Shown: one piece after another, positions 1 to 8,855 of the stretch
How the letters are laid out: each line of letters starts with the position of its first letter
Numbering within the stretch: position 1 is the stretch's first letter
Assembly (NCBI GenBank): GCA_963764165.1
Contig: CAVXRD010000002.1
Location: forward strand, 2,592,001 to 2,656,000
Direction: 5' to 3'
DNA from: an uncultured Verrucomicrobiae bacterium
GTDB taxonomy: Bacteria > Verrucomicrobiota > Verrucomicrobiia > Limisphaerales > Palsa-1400
Length of the DNA: 64,000 nt
Translations under genes and position numbers: made by a program
The notes under the pieces: model-generated
Seen by the model: only the letters and a program-made list of their open reading frames with translations
Databases searched by the model: none
Told to the model about the DNA's origin: nothing

Positions 1-198
1 TATCCGCTGAGCGCGCTGCACGAGGAATTCGTGAAGTTGAACCCGAACCAGCAGATTTACATTCACTGCAAGAGCGGTGTGCGATCGCTGCGGGCGCTGC
101 ATTTTTTGCGCGACCAGGGATTCAAATACGTGAAGAGCGTCAAAGGCGGCATCAGCGCCTGGTCGGACGAAATTGATCACAATGTTCCCAAATATTAA
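1..198 (+). CDS. C-terminal rhodanese domain, probably of a MoeB/MoeZ-type adenylyltransferase (5'-truncated by window edge)
   Basis: Frame 1 reads ...IYIHCKSGVRSLRALHFLRDQGFKYVKSVKGGISAWSDEIDHNVPKY*: rhodanese active-site loop HCKSGVRS and the GGIxAWSxxIDxxVPxY tail typical of MoeZ. Confidence 0.8.
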   Translation, partial: YPLSALHEEFVKLNPNQQIYIHCKSGVRSLRALHFLRDQGFKYVKSVKGGISAWSDEIDHNVPKY

Positions 199-223
199 GA
201 AATGGAAGTGAAGGCTGGACTGA

Positions 224-772
224 ATGGAAGGCTCCATCCCCCAACCAACCGGGACGCAAATCCTCCCGGCCACCGAGCAGGACCTGCCGGCCTTGGCTGA
301 ACTGGCTGGTGTCATCTGGCGCGCCTATTATCCGGGCATTATTTCACACGAGCAGATTGATTACATGCTCGCGCGCATGTACTCGCTGGACACGCTGCGC
401 GAGGATATTTCGCGCCGCTCGGTTCGTTACGAACGCCTTATAGTTGACGGCAAGTTCGCCGGTTTCGCGGGCTGGGGGCCGGCTGATCAGGCGGGGCTAT
501 TCAAGCTGCATAAACTTTACGTTGATCCATCCTGCCACGGGAAGGGATTGGGCACGCTGCTCCTGAGACATTGCGAACAGGCGGCGGCGGCGCTGGGCGC
601 CACGCAATTGTTTCTGACTGTCAACAAACGGAATGAAAGAGCCATCAAGGCGTATCGCCGCAGCGGATTTCAAGTGACCAGTTCGGTGATCGCGGACATT
701 GGCGGCGGATTTGTGATGGACGATTTCGTCATGTCCAAGGCCCTGAATTATCCGCCAGACGAAGAACATTGA
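224..772 (+). CDS. GNAT family N-acetyltransferase
   Basis: KLHKLYVDPSCHGKGLG acetyl-CoA motif A; LTVNKRNERAIKAYRRSGF motif B. Confidence 0.9.
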   Translation: MEGSIPQPTGTQILPATEQDLPALAELAGVIWRAYYPGIISHEQIDYMLARMYSLDTLREDISRRSVRYERLIVDGKFAGFAGWGPADQAGLFKLHKLYVDPSCHGKGLGTLLLRHCEQAAAALGATQLFLTVNKRNERAIKAYRRSGFQVTSSVIADIGGGFVMDDFVMSKALNYPPDEEH

Positions 773-802
773 AGCGCGCGCAAGAAGTTGTAGATTGGAA
801 TC

Positions 803-1423
803 ATGGCTGCTGAAGAACGCGTCCTTTGTTTTGAACGAAAACTCCTCGATAGCATAGGTGATTTTCAGGGATTGAGCCTGGAGGCGGAAAAATATCTGCC
901 CGTCCTGACCGCCAAGGCGAACCTCTCTTACCACAACCGCAGCGAGGCCGAGCAAAACAAAAATTTCAAACAGCTCATCCCGTATGTTTTGCTGCTTTGC
1001 GGCGATAAAATCCTGCGCTACCGCCGCGGCAAAACCGGCGGCGAAACGCGACTGCACGGCTTGTATTCCGTCGGCATCGGCGGCCACATCTCCGAGGAGG
1101 ACCACGGCCTGTTTTCCGAAGGCCCCGGCTACCAGGACGGCATGAAGCGCGAATTGATGGAAGAAGTGGGCATCGATGCCGGCGTCGAACCCGCCCTGGC
1201 GGTCATCAACGACGACAGCACGGAAGTGGGCCAGGTGCATTTTGGCGTGGTGCACATTGTGCGGCTGCCGGACGAAACCGTCGCCACCCGCCGCAGCGGC
1301 ATCAACAGCCCGGAATTCGTGACCATGGAAGAAGCCGTGCGGGATTTGTCGATTTACGAGACGTGGTCTTCGCTGTGCCTGGAGAGTTTTGCGGCGCTGG
1401 CGGCTAAAGCGTCGGTGAGTTAG
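803..1423 (+). CDS. NUDIX-like phosphoesterase (YmaB-like)
   Basis: FKQLIPYV, GETRLH, SVGIGGHI, RELMEEVGI (NUDIX-like box), INDDSTEVGQVHFG. Confidence 0.8.
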   Translation: MAAEERVLCFERKLLDSIGDFQGLSLEAEKYLPVLTAKANLSYHNRSEAEQNKNFKQLIPYVLLLCGDKILRYRRGKTGGETRLHGLYSVGIGGHISEEDHGLFSEGPGYQDGMKRELMEEVGIDAGVEPALAVINDDSTEVGQVHFGVVHIVRLPDETVATRRSGINSPEFVTMEEAVRDLSIYETWSSLCLESFAALAAKASVS

Positions 1424-1454
1424 AGTGTGTTTTGCATATAATCTCCAAAAAGGG

Positions 1455-1533
1455 GCAACACCCGCTACACTGTTGATATCAAGGCGTTTAAGTAGCTACA
1501 AAAAGGCAACAGGGGGGCAACAAACCCGCTACA
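1455..1533. repeat. Phased GCWACA hexamer array
   Basis: GCAACA/GCTACA at 1455, 1464, 1495, 1506, 1517, 1528; the last four are exactly 11 bp apart. Confidence 0.6.
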
Positions 1534-1897
1534 TTTTGAGTCTGCGCCGGCTCTCAGCCCAATGTGCCCGTTAAACTTCGCCCTCTGAGTTTCACACCCG
1601 CTTCCACATGTTTCCAAGTCACGCATGGAAGCCATTCGAGCTATTGATACAAAGACGCGGCGATTTTGCAATTCACGCTGCCGGCCCGTGCGCATAAAAC
1701 CGTCTGGATGGCTAGCGGCACAAAACATGACCATATAGAGGTGCTCGGGCTTCGAGAGTGTGCAAGGTGGCGCGGCGGGTCGCTTTCCACAGTGCAATCG
1801 AATAAAGCTGGCCCCGCATCTTGATGCGATGGTTTTTCGGGCAACTACTGCAATATTCCCCCCGTCGCCGCCGTAATGGGATTGAAAGGAAATTATT

Positions 1898-2029
1898 ATG
1901 ATGCTGGCACACATGTTTGGATTTGGTTTTCACGGGCGCGGATTTGGCGGCGGACTGCTCGTGGTTCTCATCGTTCTCGCTTTCGCGGTCATTATTGCGA
2001 CGTGGCCGAGCAAGACAGAGCCGAAATGA
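1898..2029 (+). CDS. Small (43 aa) single-pass membrane protein, absent from the ORF track
   Basis: MMLAHMFGFGFHGRGFGGGLLVVLIVLAFAVIIATWPSKTEPK*; GAAAGGA Shine-Dalgarno-like sequence 7 nt upstream; clean hydrophobic helix and basic tail. Confidence 0.6.
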   Translation: MMLAHMFGFGFHGRGFGGGLLVVLIVLAFAVIIATWPSKTEPK

Positions 2030-2090
2030 CTTAATTTACGCCTGGGTGTGCCCGATTTCGAGCCGCCCAGGCTACGGTGCATGGAGGCAA

Positions 2091-2864
2091 TTACTTCAAC
2101 GGAATTTTCAGGAGCTCTTCTTCCGTCTCGGGCTTTGGATGCGGTTCGGCGCGGGCGGCTTCGGACAAATCGTCTTTGATCTGAGCCGCGCCTTCGCCGC
2201 CCCATTTTGAGCGGATGAAATTCAAGACAGTCGCGATCTGTTCGTCATCCAGATTTTCCCGCCACGGCGGCATGGTGAGATTCCAGGTCTGACCTTGAAC
2301 GTGGATGGGGCCGGTGACGCCGTTCAACACGATGCGCACCAGCCTGTCGCCGCTGGGCGCCTTGATCCATTCGGAACCGGCCAGCGGGGGCGCGAGACCC
2401 TCTTTGCCTTCGCCGTTCGGTTGGTGGCAGGCGGCGCAGAGTTTGGTAAATATCGCCCGGCCCTTGCTTGCCGTATCGCCGTCGCTGGTCATGACCGAGC
2501 GCAGGAACGATTGCAGCACTGGATCGCTGGTCGCGTAGTTCAAATAGATGATGCGATTCGTATCGATGAAAAAGCCGGGCTCGGATGCGAGTGAAGGCGC
2601 GTTGGTTTTCACTTGCTCGCGCAGCTTCGCCAGATCCATCGAATCCTGCCGGAGATATTCGATTTCCTTCGCATTGCGCGCCATCAAAGCCTCCGCCGCT
2701 TTGCGGGCCGATTCGGATTTTTCGAGATCCTCCTGCAAAGACGATACATTGCTGCGCCACCCTTCGATTTCTCGCCGTGACATGTGCGTCAAGATAGTCG
2801 CCGTGAGGGCGGCCCCGAGAAGCAACCCGAAAAGAGCGCCAACAATTAAAGTCAACCCTCGCAT
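2091..2864 (-). CDS. Membrane-anchored monoheme cytochrome c with coiled-coil linker
   Basis: N-terminal TM, coiled coil, CAACH heme motif, PPLAGSEW and MPPW (axial Met). Confidence 0.85.
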   Translation of the reverse strand: MRGLTLIVGALFGLLLGAALTATILTHMSRREIEGWRSNVSSLQEDLEKSESARKAAEALMARNAKEIEYLRQDSMDLAKLREQVKTNAPSLASEPGFFIDTNRIIYLNYATSDPVLQSFLRSVMTSDGDTASKGRAIFTKLCAACHQPNGEGKEGLAPPLAGSEWIKAPSGDRLVRIVLNGVTGPIHVQGQTWNLTMPPWRENLDDEQIATVLNFIRSKWGGEGAAQIKDDLSEAARAEPHPKPETEEELLKIPLK

Positions 2865-2873
2865 GTCAACAAT

Positions 2874-4019
2874 TCAGCTCCCGATCAACCGCTGGTGTTC
2901 GGAGATGGCGTAACGGTCCGTCATCCCGGAAATATAATCGCAAATCGCGCGAGGCCAGCCCGTCTTGCGGGCGCGTTTGCGCGACGCTTCCCCGATTTGC
3001 TGGCGGTTCGCTGTGAAAAAGGCGAACAAATCCTTGAGCATTTCCCCCGCGCGCTCATTCGGCTTCGCGACCTCTGGATGAGAGTAAAGATTCTTGTAGA
3101 GGTATTTGCTCAATTCCGCATTCAGGCTGCGCCGCCCTGGGCTGTAACGCACCAGCGGGCGCGGCTGGCGGCGGACGTCATCGGCGGTTTTCACGCCGGA
3201 TTTCAAAATGGCGGCTTCGCTCGTTTCCACCACGTCGCGCACCTGATCGTCGATGATGCATCGTATGATGAAATAATGACGAACTTCCGCAGGCAATTCG
3301 CCGTGCTCCTTTTTCAGCGTTTCCAACGCTTGCGCGAAAACGCGCACGTTGCGCTTCAAATCCTCCTCGGACAAAAGCCCGGAATCGAGGCCGTCATCCA
3401 AATCGTGGCTATTGTAAATGAGCGCGTCGGCGAGATTCGCAATTTGCGCTTCGAGGCTCGGTGAAGTGGCGGAGAAGCCTTTGTGCAATCCGGGCTGGTC
3501 GTAGGAAGTTTGGTGCTTGATCAATCCTTCGCGGACTTCCCACGTCAGATTCAATCCGCGAAATCCCGGATATTTTTCCTCCAGCTCCTCGACGATGCGC
3601 AAACTCTGGCGATTGTGCTCGAACCCGCCGTGCTCGCGCATCAAGCGATTCAAAACATCCTCGCCGCGATGGCCGAACGGCGAATGCCCGAGGTCGTGCG
3701 CGAAGGCAATCGTCTCCGCCAGATCCTCATTCAATCGCAAAGCGCGGGCCAGGCTGCGCGACATGGCGGCGACTTCCATCGTGTGCGTCAGCCGCGTGCG
3801 AAGATGGTCGCCGGTGCCGTTGAGAAAAACTTGCGTCTTGTATTCAAGGCGGCGGAAGGCGCGCGAATGAATGACGCGGTCGCGGTCGCGCTGGTATTCG
3901 GTGCGCCAGGAGGCGGGTTCCTCCGGGAAAATGCGCCCGCGCGTATCCCCGCTGAATTGCGCGTAGGAAGCGAGCGTCTGGCGCTCTCGCGTTTCGAGTT
4001 CTTCCCGGGAGCAAGGCAT
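2874..4019 (-). CDS. dgt: Deoxyguanosinetriphosphate triphosphohydrolase (HD family)
   Basis: RDRDRVIHSRAFRRLEYKTQV, RTRLTHTMEV, AHDLGHSPFGH, DYISGMTD; start taken at MPCSREE. Confidence 0.92.
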   Translation of the reverse strand: MPCSREELETRERQTLASYAQFSGDTRGRIFPEEPASWRTEYQRDRDRVIHSRAFRRLEYKTQVFLNGTGDHLRTRLTHTMEVAAMSRSLARALRLNEDLAETIAFAHDLGHSPFGHRGEDVLNRLMREHGGFEHNRQSLRIVEELEEKYPGFRGLNLTWEVREGLIKHQTSYDQPGLHKGFSATSPSLEAQIANLADALIYNSHDLDDGLDSGLLSEEDLKRNVRVFAQALETLKKEHGELPAEVRHYFIIRCIIDDQVRDVVETSEAAILKSGVKTADDVRRQPRPLVRYSPGRRSLNAELSKYLYKNLYSHPEVAKPNERAGEMLKDLFAFFTANRQQIGEASRKRARKTGWPRAICDYISGMTDRYAISEHQRLIGS

Positions 4020-4032
4020 GGCGCCGAGTGAG

Positions 4033-5256
4033 TTAGTTGGCCAGCAATTCCTGCACCGAAATGCCGCGCAACTCGAACAGCCGCTTGATCGCGTCTTCAA
4101 TCAAGTTGTTGGGGCAGGACGCGCCAGCGGTGATGCCCACGGTGATTTTGCCGGGCGGCAGCCAGTTGGCCGTCTCCACTTCCTTCTGCTGCGAAAGGCT
4201 GTAGTGGCGGATGACCTTGTCGGATACCATCATCGCCGCATTCTTGACAAAGTAAGTCGCCAGCCGCGCCTCGCCCATTTCGGCCAGATGCGACGTGTTG
4301 GAGGAATTGTAGCCGCCGATGACCAGCAGCAAATCCATGGGCTCGCGCAAAAGTTTTTCGAGCGCGTCCTGGCGATCCTGCGTCGCGCCGCAAATCGTGT
4401 CAAAGAAGCGGAAATGCTTTTCAACTTCGGATTCGCCATAGCGCGCGATCATGGCCTGCTTGATGCGGCGCTGCACTTCCTCCGTTTCGCCGCGCAGCAT
4501 GGTGGTCTGATTGGCCACGCCCACGGCTGTCAAATGAACTTCCGGATCGAACCCGGCGGAATAAGCGCCCTTGAACTTGTCGAGAAATTCCTGCTTCGAT
4601 CCGCCGCTCTTGATGAAATTGCAGACGTAATCCGTCTCGGATAAATTATACACGACAAGATAATGCCCCGGCCCGTGCGCGGTCGCCTGCGAAGTGGTCG
4701 CCTTGGTTTCCTCGTGCTTGGCCTTGCCGTGAATGATGCTGGTGACGCTTTCCTTGGAATACTGCCGGACGCGCTTCCACACGCTCATCACGTCGCCGCA
4801 CGTGGTGTCGACGAGCTCGCAGCCCTTTGCAATGAGTTTCTGCTTCGTCTCCACTTCCGTGCCGAAGGCGGGAATGATCACCACGTCGCTGGCTTTCAAA
4901 TCAGCCAATTCTTCGTCCGTCGGTTTGGGCGAAATAATGTGAATGCCCATGTTCCGAATCTGGTCGTTGACCTCGGGATTGTGAATGATTTCGCCGAGAA
5001 GATAAATCGCCGTGGGCGGCGGAAAAACTTTGCGGGCCGCGTAAGCGAGATCAATGGCGCGCTCGACGCCGTAGCAAAAGCCGAATTCCTTCGCCAGCTT
5101 GATGGTCAGCAAACCATCCGCGGACAAGACGTGGCCCTTGTCCCGGATTCGATTGACCAATCCGCTGCGATAATGTGAAAGCACCTGGGCCTGCACGGCC
5201 TCCATGACATCGGGCCGGCGCAGGTTGATTTTTTTCCGCTCATCCAAAGTTGACAT
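4033..5256 (-). CDS. ispH: 4-hydroxy-3-methylbut-2-enyl diphosphate reductase (long form)
   Basis: Three Fe-S cysteines (GFCYGV, DTTCGDV, TICGAT), IIHN, NQTTM, GGYNSSNT, TAGASCP; start taken at MSTLDE. Confidence 0.95.
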   Translation of the reverse strand: MSTLDERKKINLRRPDVMEAVQAQVLSHYRSGLVNRIRDKGHVLSADGLLTIKLAKEFGFCYGVERAIDLAYAARKVFPPPTAIYLLGEIIHNPEVNDQIRNMGIHIISPKPTDEELADLKASDVVIIPAFGTEVETKQKLIAKGCELVDTTCGDVMSVWKRVRQYSKESVTSIIHGKAKHEETKATTSQATAHGPGHYLVVYNLSETDYVCNFIKSGGSKQEFLDKFKGAYSAGFDPEVHLTAVGVANQTTMLRGETEEVQRRIKQAMIARYGESEVEKHFRFFDTICGATQDRQDALEKLLREPMDLLLVIGGYNSSNTSHLAEMGEARLATYFVKNAAMMVSDKVIRHYSLSQQKEVETANWLPPGKITVGITAGASCPNNLIEDAIKRLFELRGISVQELLAN

Positions 5257-5442
5257 GCCAATTTGAAGATACCGATGGTTTTGCCCCGCGTCGAGAACGA
5301 TTCCGCGCAGGGCCGAACCGCCGCGTGAGGGTATGCGGCCTGGCAGGGACACCGCCATTTCAGCATTGCAGGCCGGGTGCCGTTCGTGCGCGCATGCGCC
5401 CGTATATCGCTCGTCCGCACCCGCTGATTTCGGCAAAAACAT

Positions 5443-5469
5443 TGTAACCAATCCTGCACGAGCGGCATT
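5443..5469 (+). promoter_or_regulatory. Possible ECF-type promoter upstream of the ECF sigma gene
   Basis: TGTAAC-N16-GCATT, ending 9 nt before the ATG; resembles ECF -35 AAC boxes; inference only. Confidence 0.3.
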
Positions 5470-5478
5470 TATCTATGG

Positions 5479-6486
5479 ATGCAGGAATTGGACGACATTT
5501 CGTTGTTGCGTGAATACGTCGAGTGCGAATCTGAGGACGCGTTCGCTGCGCTCGTCGCGCGTCACGTCAACAAAGTCTATTCCATTGCCTTGCGCCACGC
5601 GCGCAATCCACATCAAGCCGAGGAAATCACGCAGGCGGTTTTTGTCATTCTGGCCAGAAAAGCCGGGCAGTTGGGCGCGCAGGTCATCCTCTCGGGCTGG
5701 CTGTGTCGAACCGCGCAATTGACGGCGGTGACGTTCGTCCGCAGTGAAACCCGCCGTGCCCGGCGTGAACAGGAGGCTTATATGCGAAATCCGCCGGTCG
5801 AAACCGAGTCTGAGGTCTGGCCTCAAATCGAGCCGCTGCTGGACGCGGCGATGGCCGGATTAAGCGAAGCGGACCATCACGCGGTGGTGCTGCGGTTCTT
5901 CGACAGGAAAAGCATGAAGGAAGTGGGTGCGGCCCTTGGCGCAAGCGAAGGCGCGGCCAAGGTGCGCGTCAATCGCGCCGTCGAAAAGCTGCGACTATTC
6001 TTCTCCCGGCGAGGCATCGCTGTTTCGGTCCTGATTTTAACGGCGGCAATTTCCGCGAACTCGGTTCAATCCGCGCCCGCGACCCTGGCGAAAACGGCAA
6101 CGACGGCCGCGTTGACCAAAGGCGCGACAGCTTCCACCCCGACCTTACACCTCATCAAAGGAGTTTTGAAAATCATGGCATGGACAAAAACAAAAATGGC
6201 CATCGTGGCTGGAGTCGTCACGCTGCTCGTGGCAGGAACCGCGACTGTCGTCGTCGTCAAAAAGACATCACACCCGGCTCGCATTTCTGCCGACCGAAGG
6301 CCGGTCGATTTTCCTCGGGGTGCGCGAGTTGTGGGTCCCAATCGCCCGGGCCTGGACGGTGTGGCTCCGGGTGATCCGATAGCGAAACCCAGCCCGAATA
6401 TTCGTTTTGCCGACTTGACTCCCGGGCAGCGGGTCCAGGAAGCCCGCCGACATCTGCCGGAGTCCATCGATCATCCACGGAACTAG
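5479..6486 (+). CDS. ECF sigma-70 factor with C-terminal transmembrane extension
   Basis: AFAALVARH..AEEITQAVF..LSGWL (region 2); VVLRFF..EVGAALG.SEGAAKVRVNRA (region 4); then a hydrophobic segment MAIVAGVVTLLVAG. Confidence 0.9.
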   Translation: MQELDDISLLREYVECESEDAFAALVARHVNKVYSIALRHARNPHQAEEITQAVFVILARKAGQLGAQVILSGWLCRTAQLTAVTFVRSETRRARREQEAYMRNPPVETESEVWPQIEPLLDAAMAGLSEADHHAVVLRFFDRKSMKEVGAALGASEGAAKVRVNRAVEKLRLFFSRRGIAVSVLILTAAISANSVQSAPATLAKTATTAALTKGATASTPTLHLIKGVLKIMAWTKTKMAIVAGVVTLLVAGTATVVVVKKTSHPARISADRRPVDFPRGARVVGPNRPGLDGVAPGDPIAKPSPNIRFADLTPGQRVQEARRHLPESIDHPRN

Positions 6487-6507
6487 ACCTCCAACTTCCA
6501 TTCTCCC

Positions 6508-7125
6508 ATGTATAAAAAATCTTCCGCCTTCACGTTGACGGAGTTGCTCGTGGTGATCGCAATTATCGGCATTCTGGCCGCCTTGCTGCTGCCCGCGCTC
6601 GGCCGCACGAAAGGTCAGGCCCGCAATTCAGTCTGCACGAATAACCTCCGGCAGCTCGGCATTGCCACGCGGCTTTATTCCGACGAAAACGGGGGACGTC
6701 TGCCAAGCGCCGAAATCCTGCCCACGGACCCGATTAATCCCGCCCGCCCTCTGCCTCGTATTTGCGACGTGCTCGCCCCCTGCATCGGCAGGGCCACTGG
6801 CATGGATACAAATCGCGTGACCGTTTTTAAATGCCCCTCCGACAATACGAGCCTGTTCACCACTGAAGGCTCCAGCTATGAGTGGAACGAGGGCCTGAAC
6901 GGCCAGCGCATCGACCAAACCACAACTACAAACGTCATGGCCACTATCGCGAACGACCAGACCGGCGAAGTGGCATTCAGCACCAATTGGGCGTTGACGT
7001 TGCCGCCCCAAACCACTCCTCTTTTGCTGGACTACGAGGACTTCCATCCTCGCCCGCCCAAATCGGGAAAGAATGCTGTTTACATGGACAACCATGTGGC
7101 GGCTCTTGATGTCTTGCCTAAATGA
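6508..7125 (+). CDS. Prepilin-type N-terminal cleavage/methylation domain protein (PVC H-X9-DG-like family)
   Basis: [41 protein letters not shown]-terminal H...NAVYMDNHV variant of the H-X9-DG motif. Confidence 0.85.
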   Translation: MYKKSSAFTLTELLVVIAIIGILAALLLPALGRTKGQARNSVCTNNLRQLGIATRLYSDENGGRLPSAEILPTDPINPARPLPRICDVLAPCIGRATGMDTNRVTVFKCPSDNTSLFTTEGSSYEWNEGLNGQRIDQTTTTNVMATIANDQTGEVAFSTNWALTLPPQTTPLLLDYEDFHPRPPKSGKNAVYMDNHVAALDVLPK

Positions 7126-7146
7126 GCAAGCGGCATGCCGTCGTGT

Positions 7147-8598
7147 TTACACCACCCAGCCCTTCCGATCCTCGCGCTTAATCCAGCGGTTCAATTCTGT
7201 CAGGTTTGTCACGCGCATATTCGGGCCGTCCCATTTGACGAGGTTGTGCGGGCCTGCGTGCTGGGCCAGATTCCCCAGCAGCGTGAACTCGGTCAGGCGC
7301 GCGCCGTACTCAAAGGGCGTCGCTGTATTGGTGCGGCCGGCCTTGCAGGCTTGCATGAAATCAACGAAGGGGTTTTGGTTTGGACGAGGCAGCGTCTTTG
7401 GCGGCTGTTTGATGGAATCCATTTTTTCCATTGGCACCACGTGCATTGGGTTCGTGTTCGTGCCGCCGTAGGTCGCGGTGAAGATCACTCCTTTTGATCC
7501 GACGTAAAGAGTGCCGCTATCGCCTTTCAAAAGTTCTTCGTCGGGATACTGCTTTTGCAATTCGAGCGCTAAGGCGGGGTAATACCGCGCCGAGCCGGAT
7601 GCGGCATGCAGATCGCCTTTGATCTCGGCTGGAGCTGTCGGGTTCAAACCCTCGTACCAATACGCCTTGAAGGCTGGCATTTTGCCGCGCGCCGGAACAT
7701 CCCACCGCACCCGGCTGCCGAGCGGATACCGCTCGTCGCTGCCGCCGCGGACGTATTCCATCTCCATGCTCGTCGGGTGCTCGACTTTCAGCGCCCAATA
7801 AACTCCCTCCAAAACGTGGCAGCCCATGTTGCCAATCGAGCCGTTTCCAAAATCAAACCAGCCATGCCATTCGTGCGGGTGCAAATCCGCATGGAAATCG
7901 CGATACGGCGCCGGCCCAATCCACGAATCCCAATTCAGGCCCGCTGGCACCGGCAGGGTTGGCGGACGCGGGCCTTCGCCGCCGTTGGCGCGATTTGTCC
8001 AGCTATGCGTTTCGGTGATGTCGCCAATGACGCCAGCTTCAACAAATTCGCACAGGCGCCGATAACCCTCGCCGCAATGCCCCTGGTTGCCCATCTGCGT
8101 GGCGCACTTGTTGTGGCGCAACGAGGCTTCGCGCAGTTTCCGCGCTTCGGCGATGTCGTGGGTCAGCGGTTTCTCGCAATAGACATTCTTCCCCGCCTCG
8201 AGCGCCATGAGCGCCGCGTTGCAATGGTGATGGTTCGGCGCGGCCACAAACACGCAGTCGATCTCCTTGCCGATCTTGTCGAACATCTCGCGGTAATCGG
8301 CGAAAACTTTCGCGTCCGAAGCGTCGACATTCTTTTTTGTGAATTCCTTTTTCTTCGCGCCGATCTGCTTCGGATCCGGATCGACCATGGCCACGAGATG
8401 CTGTTTTCCCTTGACGATGACTTCGTCAAGGTGCGTCGAGCCGCGTCCGCCGCAGCCGATCTGCACACATTTGAGCGTGTCACTCGGCTGACGCGCCGAG
8501 AGAATGCTGGGAAAGCCAATGATCTGCGCGGCGGCTGCGGCTCCCGCCGCCATGGTGGTACGCTTAATAAACGTCCGGCGAGTAAAGTTGGGTTTCAT
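7147..8598 (-). CDS. Tat-exported Gfo/Idh/MocA oxidoreductase
   Basis: TRRTFIK twin-arginine signal, IGCGGRG, VYCEKPL, WDSWIGPAP, GNMGCH. Confidence 0.9.
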   Translation of the reverse strand: MKPNFTRRTFIKRTTMAAGAAAAAQIIGFPSILSARQPSDTLKCVQIGCGGRGSTHLDEVIVKGKQHLVAMVDPDPKQIGAKKKEFTKKNVDASDAKVFADYREMFDKIGKEIDCVFVAAPNHHHCNAALMALEAGKNVYCEKPLTHDIAEARKLREASLRHNKCATQMGNQGHCGEGYRRLCEFVEAGVIGDITETHSWTNRANGGEGPRPPTLPVPAGLNWDSWIGPAPYRDFHADLHPHEWHGWFDFGNGSIGNMGCHVLEGVYWALKVEHPTSMEMEYVRGGSDERYPLGSRVRWDVPARGKMPAFKAYWYEGLNPTAPAEIKGDLHAASGSARYYPALALELQKQYPDEELLKGDSGTLYVGSKGVIFTATYGGTNTNPMHVVPMEKMDSIKQPPKTLPRPNQNPFVDFMQACKAGRTNTATPFEYGARLTEFTLLGNLAQHAGPHNLVKWDGPNMRVTNLTELNRWIKREDRKGWVV

Positions 8599-8674
8599 AG
8601 TAAGCCCGTTGTAATCCTGCCGTCCAAAAACTGCAACCTTTTCCCACCCCCCCGTTTGAGGGGTCGCTCCTGAC

Positions 8675-8755
8675 CGGCGATTTTCATTATTCGCATTATT
8701 CCTATAAATTCCCACTTCATGGGAGGAATTGGAATTATGCGAATCATGGGAGCGG
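8675..8755. repeat. Imperfect inverted repeat built from ~9-mer CCCATAATT-like units
   Basis: ttttcattattcgcattattcctataaattccc ... gggaggaattggaattatgcgaatcatggg; the same unit type fills the spacer of the REP doublet at 11035-11086. Confidence 0.55.
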
Positions 8756-8855
8756 TTCAGCTTTCACCCGGCTTTTCCTCTGGCCAAGTAGGTGCCGACC
8801 CAATAGATTGCGCATTCGGTGTAGCGGAAATTAACCTGAATATTAGACTCCGATT

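Noticed and set aside
1465..1914. 149-aa minus-strand ORF in the intergenic gap
   Set aside because: No motifs, atypical composition, and it runs through the GCWACA array.
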